Positions 48,665 through 58,318 of a stretch of 64,000 bases of DNA are shown here, piece after piece. This stretch comes from Myxococcota bacterium. GTDB lineage: Bacteria; Myxococcota_A; Polyangia; Polyangiales; Houyiibacteriaceae. The position numbers were made by a program, and so were the translations under genes. Position 1 is the stretch's first letter. The number at the start of each line of letters is the position of its first letter. The stretch lies in NCBI GenBank assembly GCA_039030515.1, contig JBCCEA010000001.1, positions 64,001 through 128,000 of the forward strand. Reading direction: 5' to 3'. The notes below the pieces were generated by a model. That model did no database searches. It saw only the letters and a program-made list of their open reading frames with translations, and was not told where the DNA came from.

Positions 48665-49166
48665 CGATCATATTCCTATCGAAAAATCCGGACGGCTCCG
48701 CGTTGACTCTAGGCGGCAGAGCGGTCGGTGGAGCGGCCTGTCGTTGAGGCCGAATCCTGCATACAAGATTGGTTTGGTTGATTGAATGTTCAGTAGTGAC
48801 ACAACCGAGTAATTATTTGGTTCTGGAAATTGCAAATCCGAGATGCGGGTTATTGCATCTGCCGAATTTTTACCAAGGACCAAGATTCCAAAAGGAAAGG
48901 TCACCAAAAAGAGCGCGATCCCTCTGCCAAGGTAACCGCGCTCCAATGGAACGTCATGAAACTCTGGTTCCGTACCCTTCCAAACTCTCCGTAGCACAGC
49001 CCGATGTGATTGGCGCCGCGGATACTTCCTATGATGCGCGTTCGACGTACAGAGTTTACTCGGGGCTTGTTCTGGGATGCGACTTGGGTGTACGAATGCG
49101 TTTCGGGATACGAGTGTACTGCAAGTGAGCAAAATCAGAAGCAAACAAACGTGTCAGGGCGTTCTA

Positions 49167-49706
49167 CTAATTGGCCTCGAAGATCTGCTCGATCTCTCCC
49201 TGAACTTCCTCTTCATCTTTATGACGAGCGACCGCGATCTCTTTCACTATCAATCCTCGAGCGGTCTCCAGCATGCGACGCTCCCCAAAGGAGAGAGACT
49301 TATCTTGTTTGAGTCGATAAAGATCGCGCATGACTTCCGCTACGTCGAATACCGAGCCTGTTTTGATTTTATCCATGAAGCCGCGATAGCGACGGTTCCA
49401 GGTCTGATTGTCGAATGCGATGGTCTTTTCTCTTAAGATCGAGAAAATTTCTAAGATGTCATTTTCTGAAATGGGTGGACGTAATCCAACGTCCAAAGCC
49501 TTCTTCACGGGCACCATGATCTTGCGATCCGTATCGAGTATTCGCAGCACATAGAAACGCTGGCGATCTCCCGCGATCTCTTTTTCCTCAATCGAGACGA
49601 CTTCAGCAACACCCTGAGCCGGATAGACCGCTTTGTCCCCCACCTTGAACTGATCGTCAGACAGTGCGTCAAGAATGCCGTCTGTCGTTTGGTTCTGCGC
49701 CTGCAT
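49167..49706 (-). CDS. cdnL: CarD-family RNA polymerase-binding protein, CdnL-like
   Basis: FKVGDKAVYPAQGV, TWNRRYR, KIKTGSVF, LSFGERRML; no AT-hook tail; AAGGAG precedes the ATG at 49706. Confidence 0.92.
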   Translation of the reverse strand: MQAQNQTTDGILDALSDDQFKVGDKAVYPAQGVAEVVSIEEKEIAGDRQRFYVLRILDTDRKIMVPVKKALDVGLRPPISENDILEIFSILREKTIAFDNQTWNRRYRGFMDKIKTGSVFDVAEVMRDLYRLKQDKSLSFGERRMLETARGLIVKEIAVARHKDEEEVQGEIEQIFEAN

Positions 49707-50066
49707 CGGGACTCCTTGCATGTTCAAGACGTCTTTCTACGTGGAGGCAGAGTTGCCTCCATCATTCTCCGTTGATCATGAATCGCGCTGGAGCGGGTTT
49801 TATTCCTCGCTCCTTGCGGTGGTCAGTGTACGAAGCCATAGCATTGTACTCGGGCTGACGATATGGAGCAAGCTATATTCCGCTTTGTGTGCGTCTGTAA
49901 AGTGTGCTCTGTTCTTGAGCTAGAGCGACATGGAGCGACGGGTGCATTCAATTCAAACGCGAGCGTCGAAACGCCAGCGCTTGACTAGCTTGATGTTCCC
50001 AGACTTCTCTGATGAATCAATATCTCTGCGCCAAGCATCATCTCGGGTTCGTTAGGGTCTCCAGAC

Positions 50067-51014
50067 TCAGTTGCTCGACTGAAGTGAGGACAAATCAGGG
50101 AGCTCATCGAGATTCGGCACCAAAACGATTTCAATTCGTCGATTTTGAGCGCGACCCTCGTCGGCGTCGTTCGATGCTACTGGTTGGGTGTCCGCGTAAC
50201 CAGCAGCGGAAAGACGATTTGCCGGAACCCCGTTTTCTACCAAGAAGCGAGTAACCGTTACGCCGCGGCCTGCCGATAGTTCCCAGTTGGAGGGAAATCG
50301 TTGAGTTCGGATAGGACGATCGTCTGTGTGCCCGGCGATTTGAAACGAGCGATCTGCAATCGTTGCGAGAACATTTGCTACCTCCCTCAGTGTCTCTTCT
50401 CCCTGTGGTTTCAGCTCGATACGTCCTGCGTCAAACAGAATTCCCTGAGGTAGTTCCACAACCATTTGGTTGCGAGCGATCCGAACCCGAAGGCGACCAG
50501 ATTCGATCATCGCCTGAAATCGGTCGATAAGATTCCGAAAGGTCTCCAGTCTACCCTGTGCCTGTCGCTCTCGCGACTGAAGTTCTCTCAATGCCCGCTG
50601 AGTGCGCTCCAGGTCGGATTCGAGCGATGCTCGCGTAGTTTCAAGCTCCTCGACGTTTTGTCCCAGCGCAGAGAGTCGCGCAGTCAGTTGGTTGTTTTGA
50701 TCCTCAATTTCGTCGACACGGGCGTTGAGCCTTTCGTTTTCACTCCACGCGGTGTCGAGCTGACCTTTTAAGGACCGAACGCGCTCCAACTCTATGTCCA
50801 GCTCTTTCTGAGATGGCCCGCAGTTCCACGACGCAGCGCCGAGACAAACTACCGCTACAAAAGATAGAACTGTCGACTTCCGAGATGAATGTGAACCATC
50901 GGGTTTTCGTGCGTGGCGGTCGGAACTAACACGCTGCTCGAGCCGGGAGGAAACTCTAGAGGTTTCGAAACCTACGGATGAAGTGTTGAGGCACTCCAGA
51001 CGGAAACGGAGCAT
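50067..51014 (-). CDS. OmpA/MotB-like peptidoglycan-binding protein with a coiled coil, probable lipoprotein
   Basis: Hydrophobic stretch ending in C, long heptad region, GHTDD, SNWELS, NRRIEI. Start uncertain. Confidence 0.85.
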   Translation of the reverse strand: MLRFRLECLNTSSVGFETSRVSSRLEQRVSSDRHARKPDGSHSSRKSTVLSFVAVVCLGAASWNCGPSQKELDIELERVRSLKGQLDTAWSENERLNARVDEIEDQNNQLTARLSALGQNVEELETTRASLESDLERTQRALRELQSRERQAQGRLETFRNLIDRFQAMIESGRLRVRIARNQMVVELPQGILFDAGRIELKPQGEETLREVANVLATIADRSFQIAGHTDDRPIRTQRFPSNWELSAGRGVTVTRFLVENGVPANRLSAAGYADTQPVASNDADEGRAQNRRIEIVLVPNLDELPDLSSLQSSN

Positions 51015-51292
51015 GAGCGACCTTTCGTAGAAATAGCTCGGGCGCGCAAAACTAGGCTTCTCTTTTGCCACTGTCAACGCGATCAGGGCGAAGTTTGACT
51101 TCTGCAGTTCTAGAGCGGCTCTCGTAAGCATCCGTTATATTTTGATAATTACAAAGTGTCGAAAAAGTTATGCGAACTGTTCGACTAATTTGGTTAAAGT
51201 TAGGTATAAATTATACGCGCATTGAGTGAATGCGCATTGACGTGACAATACCGTTGCGAAGGAAGTAGCGCCCCCTGCTAGGAGGAAATCCG

Positions 51293-51634
51293 ATGGCTAC
51301 TGCAAAGAAGACTGCCAAGAAAACAACTACTAAGAAGAACCTCAAGAAAGCCGCTCCGAAGAAGGTAGCTGCCAAGAAGGTTGCAAAGAAGAAGGTGACC
51401 AAGAAGGTCGCCCCCAAGAAAGCCGCTCCGAAGAAGGTGGCTGCCAAGAAGGTTGCAAAGAAGAAGGTGACCAAGAAGGTCGCCCCCAAGAAAGCCGCTC
51501 CGAAGAAGGTAGTTGCCAAGAAGGTTGCCAGTAAGAAGGCTGCCACCAAGAAGGTGACCAAAAAAGCTCCCACCAAGAAGGTGACCAAAAAGGCCGCTAC
51601 CAAGAAGACATCAGCGAAGAAATCTTCCAAGTAG
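51293..51634 (+). CDS. Histone H1-like lysine/alanine-rich basic protein
   Basis: 113 aa almost entirely K/A/T/V/P with no acidic residues; AGGAGG RBS; internal 72-bp repeat starting at 51343, 51415 and 51487. Confidence 0.85.
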   Translation: MATAKKTAKKTTTKKNLKKAAPKKVAAKKVAKKKVTKKVAPKKAAPKKVAAKKVAKKKVTKKVAPKKAAPKKVVAKKVASKKAATKKVTKKAPTKKVTKKAATKKTSAKKSSK

Positions 51635-51795
51635 AAGCATCCTTCAGGCAGGCCTGTTCAGATGCCGACGCACGGGGCTAATTCGTTGGAGATTTATGCG
51701 TCGGTCTTGTAATAAGTAGGGACTTGACGGCGTCTTGGTCGTTGATCCTTAGGTTTTTCTTTGGCGTACGAGAGACTGACGTTTGGTATAGACGC

Positions 51796-52674
51796 TCAAT
51801 CTATCGTGCGCGCTGAGTTTCCATGACGAAGTTCGGCTTCAAATTCAGTTTCGTCTTCGTCTTCGTCATCGAACTCATCCTCATCATCGAACCCGTCTTC
51901 GCAATCGAGCTCGTCCTCGCTGTTTTCAGCCACTTCGAACCGTGGGCTGAAGAGGCAGGCCCCATCGTCCAACTCCGATCGCTCAGGCGGTTCGGCAAAT
52001 TCGACAATCAAGCGATGAAGCAAGCACGCTTCTTTGAATGAGCGTGGTGATTCGATCGCCACATATACAGTGTCCGATATGCACTGGACCAAGGCAGAAG
52101 CTGCTTCCCAGAGCATTCCCTCGGTGAAACGAGTTCTTCCGCCGATCGTGCGAAGTCGCACGTAGGCCGGTTGGCACGAAGGCGTCCTTTGCCCGCTCAG
52201 CGGATCAAAGGAACAGATCACTCCGAGCTTCTTTGCGAAGGGTTGAGCCATTTCCGGCTCCCAAAGTCCTCCAGCGGACCAAACCAGGGGGGTGTCCTCC
52301 CCTAAGCGCTCCTCTCTGAGACGCTCGAAGTACCTCGAGAGTCTATCGCGATCTCGTTGCCCAGTGGATACCTCCGGACCCGTTGGGATAACGAGTGCAC
52401 ATAACTTTAGTGCCTTCGCCGCGTCCCGGAGGTGAGCGATTCGTTCGCTCAAGGCGTCGTCCTCAATTTGGAGCGGGCCCATTGCTCCGTAGCGCGTACT
52501 GCGCGGAGCCACGGCCGACAGCTTAAGCTCCTCCGGGAGGCCAGCGCGCCACTTTCTCAGGGTAGCCACTTTCGGCATCACGTTGGGAAGGCCAAATTCA
52601 GCAAAGCAAAGTTGGCTTAGGTACTTTGGGCCTGGTGGTCTATCTAAGTGCGCACCGACATGCAGCTTAGTCAC
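51796..52674 (-). CDS. DUF72-like protein with an acidic C-terminal tail
   Basis: PKVATLRKWR...SFDPL...AYVRL resembles DUF72; tail EDELDCEDGFDDEDEFDDEDEDE. Confidence 0.6.
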   Translation of the reverse strand: MTKLHVGAHLDRPPGPKYLSQLCFAEFGLPNVMPKVATLRKWRAGLPEELKLSAVAPRSTRYGAMGPLQIEDDALSERIAHLRDAAKALKLCALVIPTGPEVSTGQRDRDRLSRYFERLREERLGEDTPLVWSAGGLWEPEMAQPFAKKLGVICSFDPLSGQRTPSCQPAYVRLRTIGGRTRFTEGMLWEAASALVQCISDTVYVAIESPRSFKEACLLHRLIVEFAEPPERSELDDGACLFSPRFEVAENSEDELDCEDGFDDEDEFDDEDEDETEFEAELRHGNSARTID

Positions 52675-52898
52675 CCGGGTAAGTTAGCAGGCGTGGACGA
52701 AAATGCTTCGGGAAAACCCCACCATTCTGGCGCATTGAGATCTTAAATTATCGTAATTAGACCTGTCTGTCGGGATTCGACACCGCAGGCCTTTAACCGT
52801 CAAGAAACTTAGCTATGCTCCGCCGGGCGACTTGCAGACCGGGTCGTTTTGCGAAATCGGCAGCTCCCATTCTACGGACGCCGGTGCGTATTGGAGGA

Positions 52899-53936
52899 AT
52901 GGTGCCCAACGCCTTTATTGCCGGCACTGGCATGAGAGTGCCAGATCGTATCGTTACCAACGATCAGCTGCGTACCGAGTTTGGAATCGACACGACCCAT
53001 GAATGGATCGTCAAGCGAACAGGAATCGAGGAGCGGCGGTTCGCTGATGAAGGTGTTGGAACTTCCGATCTTGCAGTTACTGCTTGTGAAGAAGCCATCA
53101 AACAGGCCGGCATCGAGAAGACAGAGATCGACATGATTCTCTTTGCGACGCTCTCTCCAGAGCACTGTTTTCCGGGATCTGGGGTGTATCTTCAGGAAAA
53201 ACTGGGTCTTTGTGACGGCGATAGTGCAACGTTTTGTCCCGCGATGGACATTCGCAATCAGTGTTCGGGCTTCCTCTACGGACTCGGGACCGCTGCTTCC
53301 ATGATTCAGTCTGGAGCCGTCAAGAACGTACTTTTGGTAGGCGCTGAAGTTCACTCTGCCGCCCTCGATCTGACTACCCAGGGTCGCTCAGTGGCTTCGT
53401 TATTCGGTGACGGCGCCGGTGCAGTGGTTGTTCAAGCGACTGAAGAAGACCGCGGGGTGCGTGGCTGGTACCTCGGCGCGGATGGCAGGTACGCCGACAA
53501 TCTCTGCCAAAAGGTATGGGATATGCGCAAGAGGCCGTATATTTCTGTGGATGCAGAAGGGGTCGGTCAGGTTCCGGTCGACATGCTTTGGGCTCACATG
53601 GATGGTCGACTCGTGTTCAAGAACGCCGTGGAGCGCATGCTCGGCGCGTTGATGACGGCGTTTTCCGATCAGGGAGGGCTGACGGTGAACGATGTTGACC
53701 TCTTCGTCTTCCATCAAGCAAATCTTCGAATCAATCAATATCTTGCGGAGATGGCGGGGATTCCAGCCGAGAAACTAGTCAACAATATCCAGTGTTACGG
53801 CAACACCACCGCTGCCACAATTCCTCTACTTCTGACGCAAGCCGTCAAAGATGGAGTACTGCAGCGAGGGATGAAGGTTGCCATTGCCGCGTTTGGCTCA
53901 GGCTTCACTTGGGGCAGTGCAATTATCGACTGGTAG
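52899..53936 (+). CDS. fabH: 3-oxoacyl-ACP synthase III family protein
   Basis: RTGIEERR, NQCSGF, LFGDGAGA, HQANLRI, GNTTAA, FGSGFTWG. Confidence 0.93.
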   Translation: MVPNAFIAGTGMRVPDRIVTNDQLRTEFGIDTTHEWIVKRTGIEERRFADEGVGTSDLAVTACEEAIKQAGIEKTEIDMILFATLSPEHCFPGSGVYLQEKLGLCDGDSATFCPAMDIRNQCSGFLYGLGTAASMIQSGAVKNVLLVGAEVHSAALDLTTQGRSVASLFGDGAGAVVVQATEEDRGVRGWYLGADGRYADNLCQKVWDMRKRPYISVDAEGVGQVPVDMLWAHMDGRLVFKNAVERMLGALMTAFSDQGGLTVNDVDLFVFHQANLRINQYLAEMAGIPAEKLVNNIQCYGNTTAATIPLLLTQAVKDGVLQRGMKVAIAAFGSGFTWGSAIIDW

Positions 53937-54033
53937 GCGGGTCTGAGGTTTCGACTTTGCTTAGGAAATTATTGACGTTTGGACGGCCTGCCGTCTAAAA
54001 CAGAACTCGGCACTAAGAGAACTGCCTGCGCTG

Positions 54034-54972
54034 ATGGAGAGCTACTTCGGTATCGTATGTGGTGACTGCAACACCTATTCGCAGATCGGTACCCGCAACT
54101 GTCCGGAATGTGGTAACGACCTCACCGCAGAGCTATCGAACACCGGAGGTGCCGCGCCCGCTGCAAAACCCTCTCGGGAGGAGTTGATGGAACAAGCTCG
54201 GAACTACATTTGCAGAGAATGCTCGAGCCCCGTGCCATCTGGACACAAGTTCTGTGGTGCGTGCGGCGCTGAAGTGCCGGAAGATATTCAGCTGCTCCGG
54301 GAAGAATATTTTGGTGCGATGCAGTCTCCCGGTAAGGCGCGCCTCATACTGATTCGAGGAGATCAAGGTGTCGATGGGTTGAGTTATCTCCTCCAGGGCA
54401 ATGAGCATGTCGCAGGTCGACAGAACGTGCAGATACTGTTTCCAGATGATTCCTGGCTCAGTCCTAGGCATGCCAACTTCATTTACAGAGGGGAGAAGTT
54501 GGTTGTGAGAGATGAAGGCAGTGTGAATGGGGTCTACGTTCGACTAACCGCCCCAATGCAGTTGCGACCGGGAGATAAGTTTCTCTGTGGAGAGCAGGTG
54601 TTTCGGCTCGATGAGACTCCCGAGGATACCGCAGGTCCTGCTTCAGATCAGACCTATTTCTACTCCTCCCCCAAACGGCCATACTCGTTCAGAGTCACGC
54701 AGATTCTTGCAGGAGGTTCCGATGGGATCAGCGTTTGCTCTCGAGAGGATACAGTGCTGATTGGGAGAGAAAATTGCGATACGAACTTCCCAAACGACAT
54801 TTACATGTCTGCTACTCATGCCCGATTGGATGCTGTCGAAGGCGAGGTTACCTTGACTGATGCTGGGTCCCGCAACGGCACCTACACCCAGACTCGCGGG
54901 GAGACTGAACTCAATCACGGTGACTATCTATTCTTGGGTCGACAGCTGTTGCGGGTTGAGATGACCGTCTAA
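54034..54972 (+). CDS. Zinc-ribbon x2 plus FHA x2 protein
   Basis: Four CxxC pairs; two FHA domains with GR, SxxH and NG. Confidence 0.88.
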   Translation: MESYFGIVCGDCNTYSQIGTRNCPECGNDLTAELSNTGGAAPAAKPSREELMEQARNYICRECSSPVPSGHKFCGACGAEVPEDIQLLREEYFGAMQSPGKARLILIRGDQGVDGLSYLLQGNEHVAGRQNVQILFPDDSWLSPRHANFIYRGEKLVVRDEGSVNGVYVRLTAPMQLRPGDKFLCGEQVFRLDETPEDTAGPASDQTYFYSSPKRPYSFRVTQILAGGSDGISVCSREDTVLIGRENCDTNFPNDIYMSATHARLDAVEGEVTLTDAGSRNGTYTQTRGETELNHGDYLFLGRQLLRVEMTV

Positions 54973-55107
54973 GCCGCTTTTCAGGTGCGATAACATACAG
55001 GATATTAGAGGCGTTCGGCGGCAGTCCGGAATCGAACCCACATCAAATGCGCTCCAGCTTGTGATGACATCGATGTTGCAGATCGATACCCGGCGAGCGT
55101 ATTCCTA

Positions 55108-56901
55108 TTAAGGACTCTCGTCCTGTAAAGGCACGGACTCACCTTCTGGCAAAGCCTCAAATTGCTCTAGAATCGCGTTTACAACTTCCCGATCGTTTGA
55201 CTCAGGATCCAGTTCTAGATAACGCCGGTATGCTTCACGACCCTGAATCAGGCGTCCTATCCTCATATAGGCTCGAGCTAGTTCTCGATGCACATCGGCG
55301 TCCCGAGGGTGGTCGAGCGCTGCTTTTTCGTAAGCCACAATCGCACCAAGAACGTTGTTGCTTAGAAACTTAATTCTCCCGTCCTCAAACGAAAACTTTT
55401 CTGCTTCGAGCTGACTCTGCACTGCGGATGCGGATTCTTGTTCGTTCGCGATCGATTGGGTCGTGTGCCTTCGTCCTAACCGCGCTTCTTTGGTTGTTTG
55501 CGTCTTCCTCTGCTCGACAAGCCTGTGCTCTCCCAACCTTGTGTCGACCGTTTCGATCTGCGATTCGGTTTGTTCGCTTCTCACGCCATCTTTGCTCAGC
55601 GGAGATAGGGTTCGATAACGCTCGTGCAGCGTCTCGTTCTGCCTACGTCTACTAGCTTGTTGTGTGTCCGGAGCCTTCGCAGTAACGTGTGGTGCGTGCT
55701 CGGGCCCGGGGGCCCGGAGGATTGACCAAGTAAACATTAAGAAGCTTACGGCTAAGAAGCCGGTAGCTGCAGCAAACAGCCACGTACTTCGACTTTTGTC
55801 GGCACGCTTGGAAGCGATTTTTCTCGCAAGTCGACGAGTCGGGTCGCGCTTGACGGTGCCGAGCTGAGACACTGCAGAAGGCCCCAGTAATTCGAGGCAG
55901 CAAAGTAGCGCGTCACGCATATCTCCAGCATTCCGAAACCGGTGGTCGCGCTCTTTTGCCATCGCGCGTTGGCAGATGGCTTCAAGTGCTCGAGGAATAT
56001 ATAGCTCCGGATGACGTGCTCTCGGGGGTGGTGCAACGCTCGTGAGGTGCCGCGTGATCGTTCCTAGTGCTGTGCTCGTCTGGAAGGGCGGGCTTCCCGT
56101 GAGCAGATGATAGAGTATGCATCCTACCGAATAGATATCCGCTCGGTGATCTACCTCCTCTCCGCGGGCTTGTTCCGGCGCCATGTACTCAGGAGTCCCG
56201 CAAACGAGATCCGCGATGGTGATCGCCGAGCCCTCTGCTTCCACGATCTTTGCGATTCCGAAATCGCATACCTTTACATGTTCCGAGCCGCCTCCGGAAT
56301 CGAGAACAACGACGTTCTCCGGTTTCAGATCTCGGTGAATAATCCCCACCCGATGCGCTGCGTCTACTGCGAGTAATGTCTGCGATAAAAGCTCAATGAT
56401 TCGCTTGGGAGAGAGAGGTGCGTCGTGCTGGAGAATCGTTAGGAGGTCGTCGCCATCGAGGAGCTCCATCGCCAAGTAAAAGGTTCCATCGTCGGAGCGC
56501 CCAAAATCAATGGTCTGCAGACTGTTGGGATGGACCAGTCTACTGGCTGCTTGCGCTTCTCGATGGAAGCGTCGGGTAACGCTCGGGTTTACTGCGATAT
56601 GGTCGTGAAGAATCTTGATCGCCAGTTCTAGGCCCAAGTGCTCATGCACTGCACCGTACACGCGAGCCATCGCTCCCTCACCAAGTACGTCCATGATTCG
56701 GTACTTGCCTGAGATTAAGGTGCCGAGTCGTGGATCGTCCGCCCAATTAGCGGTCAGGTCTCGCTTTGGGCAGGATCCACATGTTTCCGGTACCTGAGGC
56801 GCTTCAGCGTTGTAGTCCTCACATGAGCCCATATTCGCGTTACCAAAGCGCAGTGTACGTGATGGTGCCATGCAGTGCGACCCGTGAAGAATGCCCCCCA
56901 A
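55108..56901 (-). CDS. Hanks-type Ser/Thr protein kinase with a TM helix and C-terminal TPR
   Basis: LGEGAMARVY, AIK, HRDLKPEN, DFG, GTPEYMAPE; TM WLFAAATGFLAVSFLMFTW; TPR AYRRYLELDP. Start uncertain. Confidence 0.93.
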   Translation of the reverse strand: MGGILHGSHCMAPSRTLRFGNANMGSCEDYNAEAPQVPETCGSCPKRDLTANWADDPRLGTLISGKYRIMDVLGEGAMARVYGAVHEHLGLELAIKILHDHIAVNPSVTRRFHREAQAASRLVHPNSLQTIDFGRSDDGTFYLAMELLDGDDLLTILQHDAPLSPKRIIELLSQTLLAVDAAHRVGIIHRDLKPENVVVLDSGGGSEHVKVCDFGIAKIVEAEGSAITIADLVCGTPEYMAPEQARGEEVDHRADIYSVGCILYHLLTGSPPFQTSTALGTITRHLTSVAPPPRARHPELYIPRALEAICQRAMAKERDHRFRNAGDMRDALLCCLELLGPSAVSQLGTVKRDPTRRLARKIASKRADKSRSTWLFAAATGFLAVSFLMFTWSILRAPGPEHAPHVTAKAPDTQQASRRRQNETLHERYRTLSPLSKDGVRSEQTESQIETVDTRLGEHRLVEQRKTQTTKEARLGRRHTTQSIANEQESASAVQSQLEAEKFSFEDGRIKFLSNNVLGAIVAYEKAALDHPRDADVHRELARAYMRIGRLIQGREAYRRYLELDPESNDREVVNAILEQFEALPEGESVPLQDESP

Positions 56902-57036
56902 CTGCTTCCAAGCATCGATGCTCTGAGACCGTGTCCTGCCGGCTCTCTTGACCCCGCGCGTAAAACGCCACTATTCTCGGGCATAAATGGCGTTTACGAA
57001 TTTCCAAACAGTCGAAAACGAAGTGAGGAGGCTGCG

Positions 57037-58203
57037 GTGATCGTTTGTCCCCGGTGCGGCAAAGAGAATCAGGACCACTACAAGTTCTGTCTTGGCTGCG
57101 GCGCGGAACTTCCTCGGGATGCGGAGCAGGCTCCTAAGAGCTTCACCGCGCCTACGCCTCCATCTGGAGTGCCGTCAGTGAGTGCTCCCGTGCCTTCGGC
57201 TATAGCGCCCAGCGATTTAAGTAAAGGCCACAGCTCCTCAATGGTCCCAGCAGTTTCTGCCCCTAGTGCCACGCGTCCGGCCAAAAAGACCTCTTCCTCT
57301 GGCTCAGCCGGAGCCGAGAAGCCTCCCGTGGTCGGTTCGGCGGCGCATGCCGGGAAGCCCTTGTCAGATTCGGTGGCTCAATCTTCCCCAGCAGCAATGG
57401 CTCCTTCATCAGCGATTGCTGGACCCACGTCGACCGAGAAAATTAACTGCCCTCGCTGTGGTGCGATCAATCCACAATCGTTTAAGTTCTGCGGCTCCTG
57501 TGGTTTCGACCTGACCAAATTGGATCGAGATCCTGCAACCTCTCCAAGCGAGCCGCAGTCCCAGCCCACTGCTGAGGCTCCGCGAGGCTCTCTCGTGGTT
57601 ATCCGGCCTGATGGAACCGAAGGGGCAGTGGTTCCCCTTTCCTTGACCACTAAGATCGGCCGAGACACGGGAGGCCCGTTCGCGGGAGATTTCTACCTGT
57701 CCCCGCAGCACGCGACCTTCCGTTTTTCAGGAAGCGATTTGATGGTAACCGATGAGGATAGTCTCAATGGAATCTATGTGCGCATAGAGCGCGAAACACC
57801 AGTGGAGCTTGCCGCGGGGAGTATCTTTCGAATCGGTCAGGAAATTATCCGCTTCGATCCTATCGCTTCTCGAGTTGCCCCAGAGGGGGTTGAGATTATG
57901 GGGAGCCCCAATCCCGGTTACCTTGGAAGAATTAGCCTGGTTGTGGGTCGCGATACCTTCGGGAACTCATTCTGCATTCCATCTGAGGGAATGCACCTGG
58001 GCCGCGAGCGGGGTGATATTGTATTTCCAGAAGACGGCTACGTTTCCGGTTTGCACTGCCGGCTGCACGGTGACGGGGGCCGGATGTGGCTCACAGACTG
58101 CGGTAGCTCCAACGGAACGTTCTTGCGCGCCAGTCGAGAATTCGATCTGCGTAGTGGAAGTTTGATCTTGATGGGTCAGCAGCTGTTCCGAGTAGAGTAC
58201 TAA
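57037..58203 (+). CDS. Zinc-ribbon x2 plus FHA x2 protein with a P/S/T-rich linker
   Basis: CPRCG..FCLGCG, CPRCG..FCGSCG, two FHA domains; GTG after GAGGAGG. Confidence 0.9.
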   Translation: MIVCPRCGKENQDHYKFCLGCGAELPRDAEQAPKSFTAPTPPSGVPSVSAPVPSAIAPSDLSKGHSSSMVPAVSAPSATRPAKKTSSSGSAGAEKPPVVGSAAHAGKPLSDSVAQSSPAAMAPSSAIAGPTSTEKINCPRCGAINPQSFKFCGSCGFDLTKLDRDPATSPSEPQSQPTAEAPRGSLVVIRPDGTEGAVVPLSLTTKIGRDTGGPFAGDFYLSPQHATFRFSGSDLMVTDEDSLNGIYVRIERETPVELAAGSIFRIGQEIIRFDPIASRVAPEGVEIMGSPNPGYLGRISLVVGRDTFGNSFCIPSEGMHLGRERGDIVFPEDGYVSGLHCRLHGDGGRMWLTDCGSSNGTFLRASREFDLRSGSLILMGQQLFRVEY

Positions 58204-58214
58204 AGCAGAGCTCC

Positions 58215-58234
58215 GGAGCCCATGAGTGGGCTCC
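58215..58234. terminator. Hairpin between convergent genes
   Basis: GGAGCCCA-TGAG-TGGGCTCC. Confidence 0.5.
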
Positions 58235-58318
58235 CTCGGGTGGTCTGTAGGTCCCTCGGCAATCGAACTAAGTGGTTCACGGAGACTCACCTAAAGATGG
58301 TGACGTAAAAGAAACGCT

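Noticed and set aside
48700..49160. RNase P RNA or tmRNA in the cdnL-rng gap
   Set aside because: No GAGGAAAGTCC core was found on either strand, and there are no tRNA-like tmRNA ends.
50067..51014. Flagellar stator MotB
   Set aside because: It lacks the TM motif with the conserved Asp, has no adjacent motA, and looks like a coiled-coil OmpA-domain lipoprotein.
51211..51630. Hydrophobic 139-aa minus-strand ORF
   Set aside because: It is the antisense shadow of the AAG-rich H1-like gene, which has the strong RBS.
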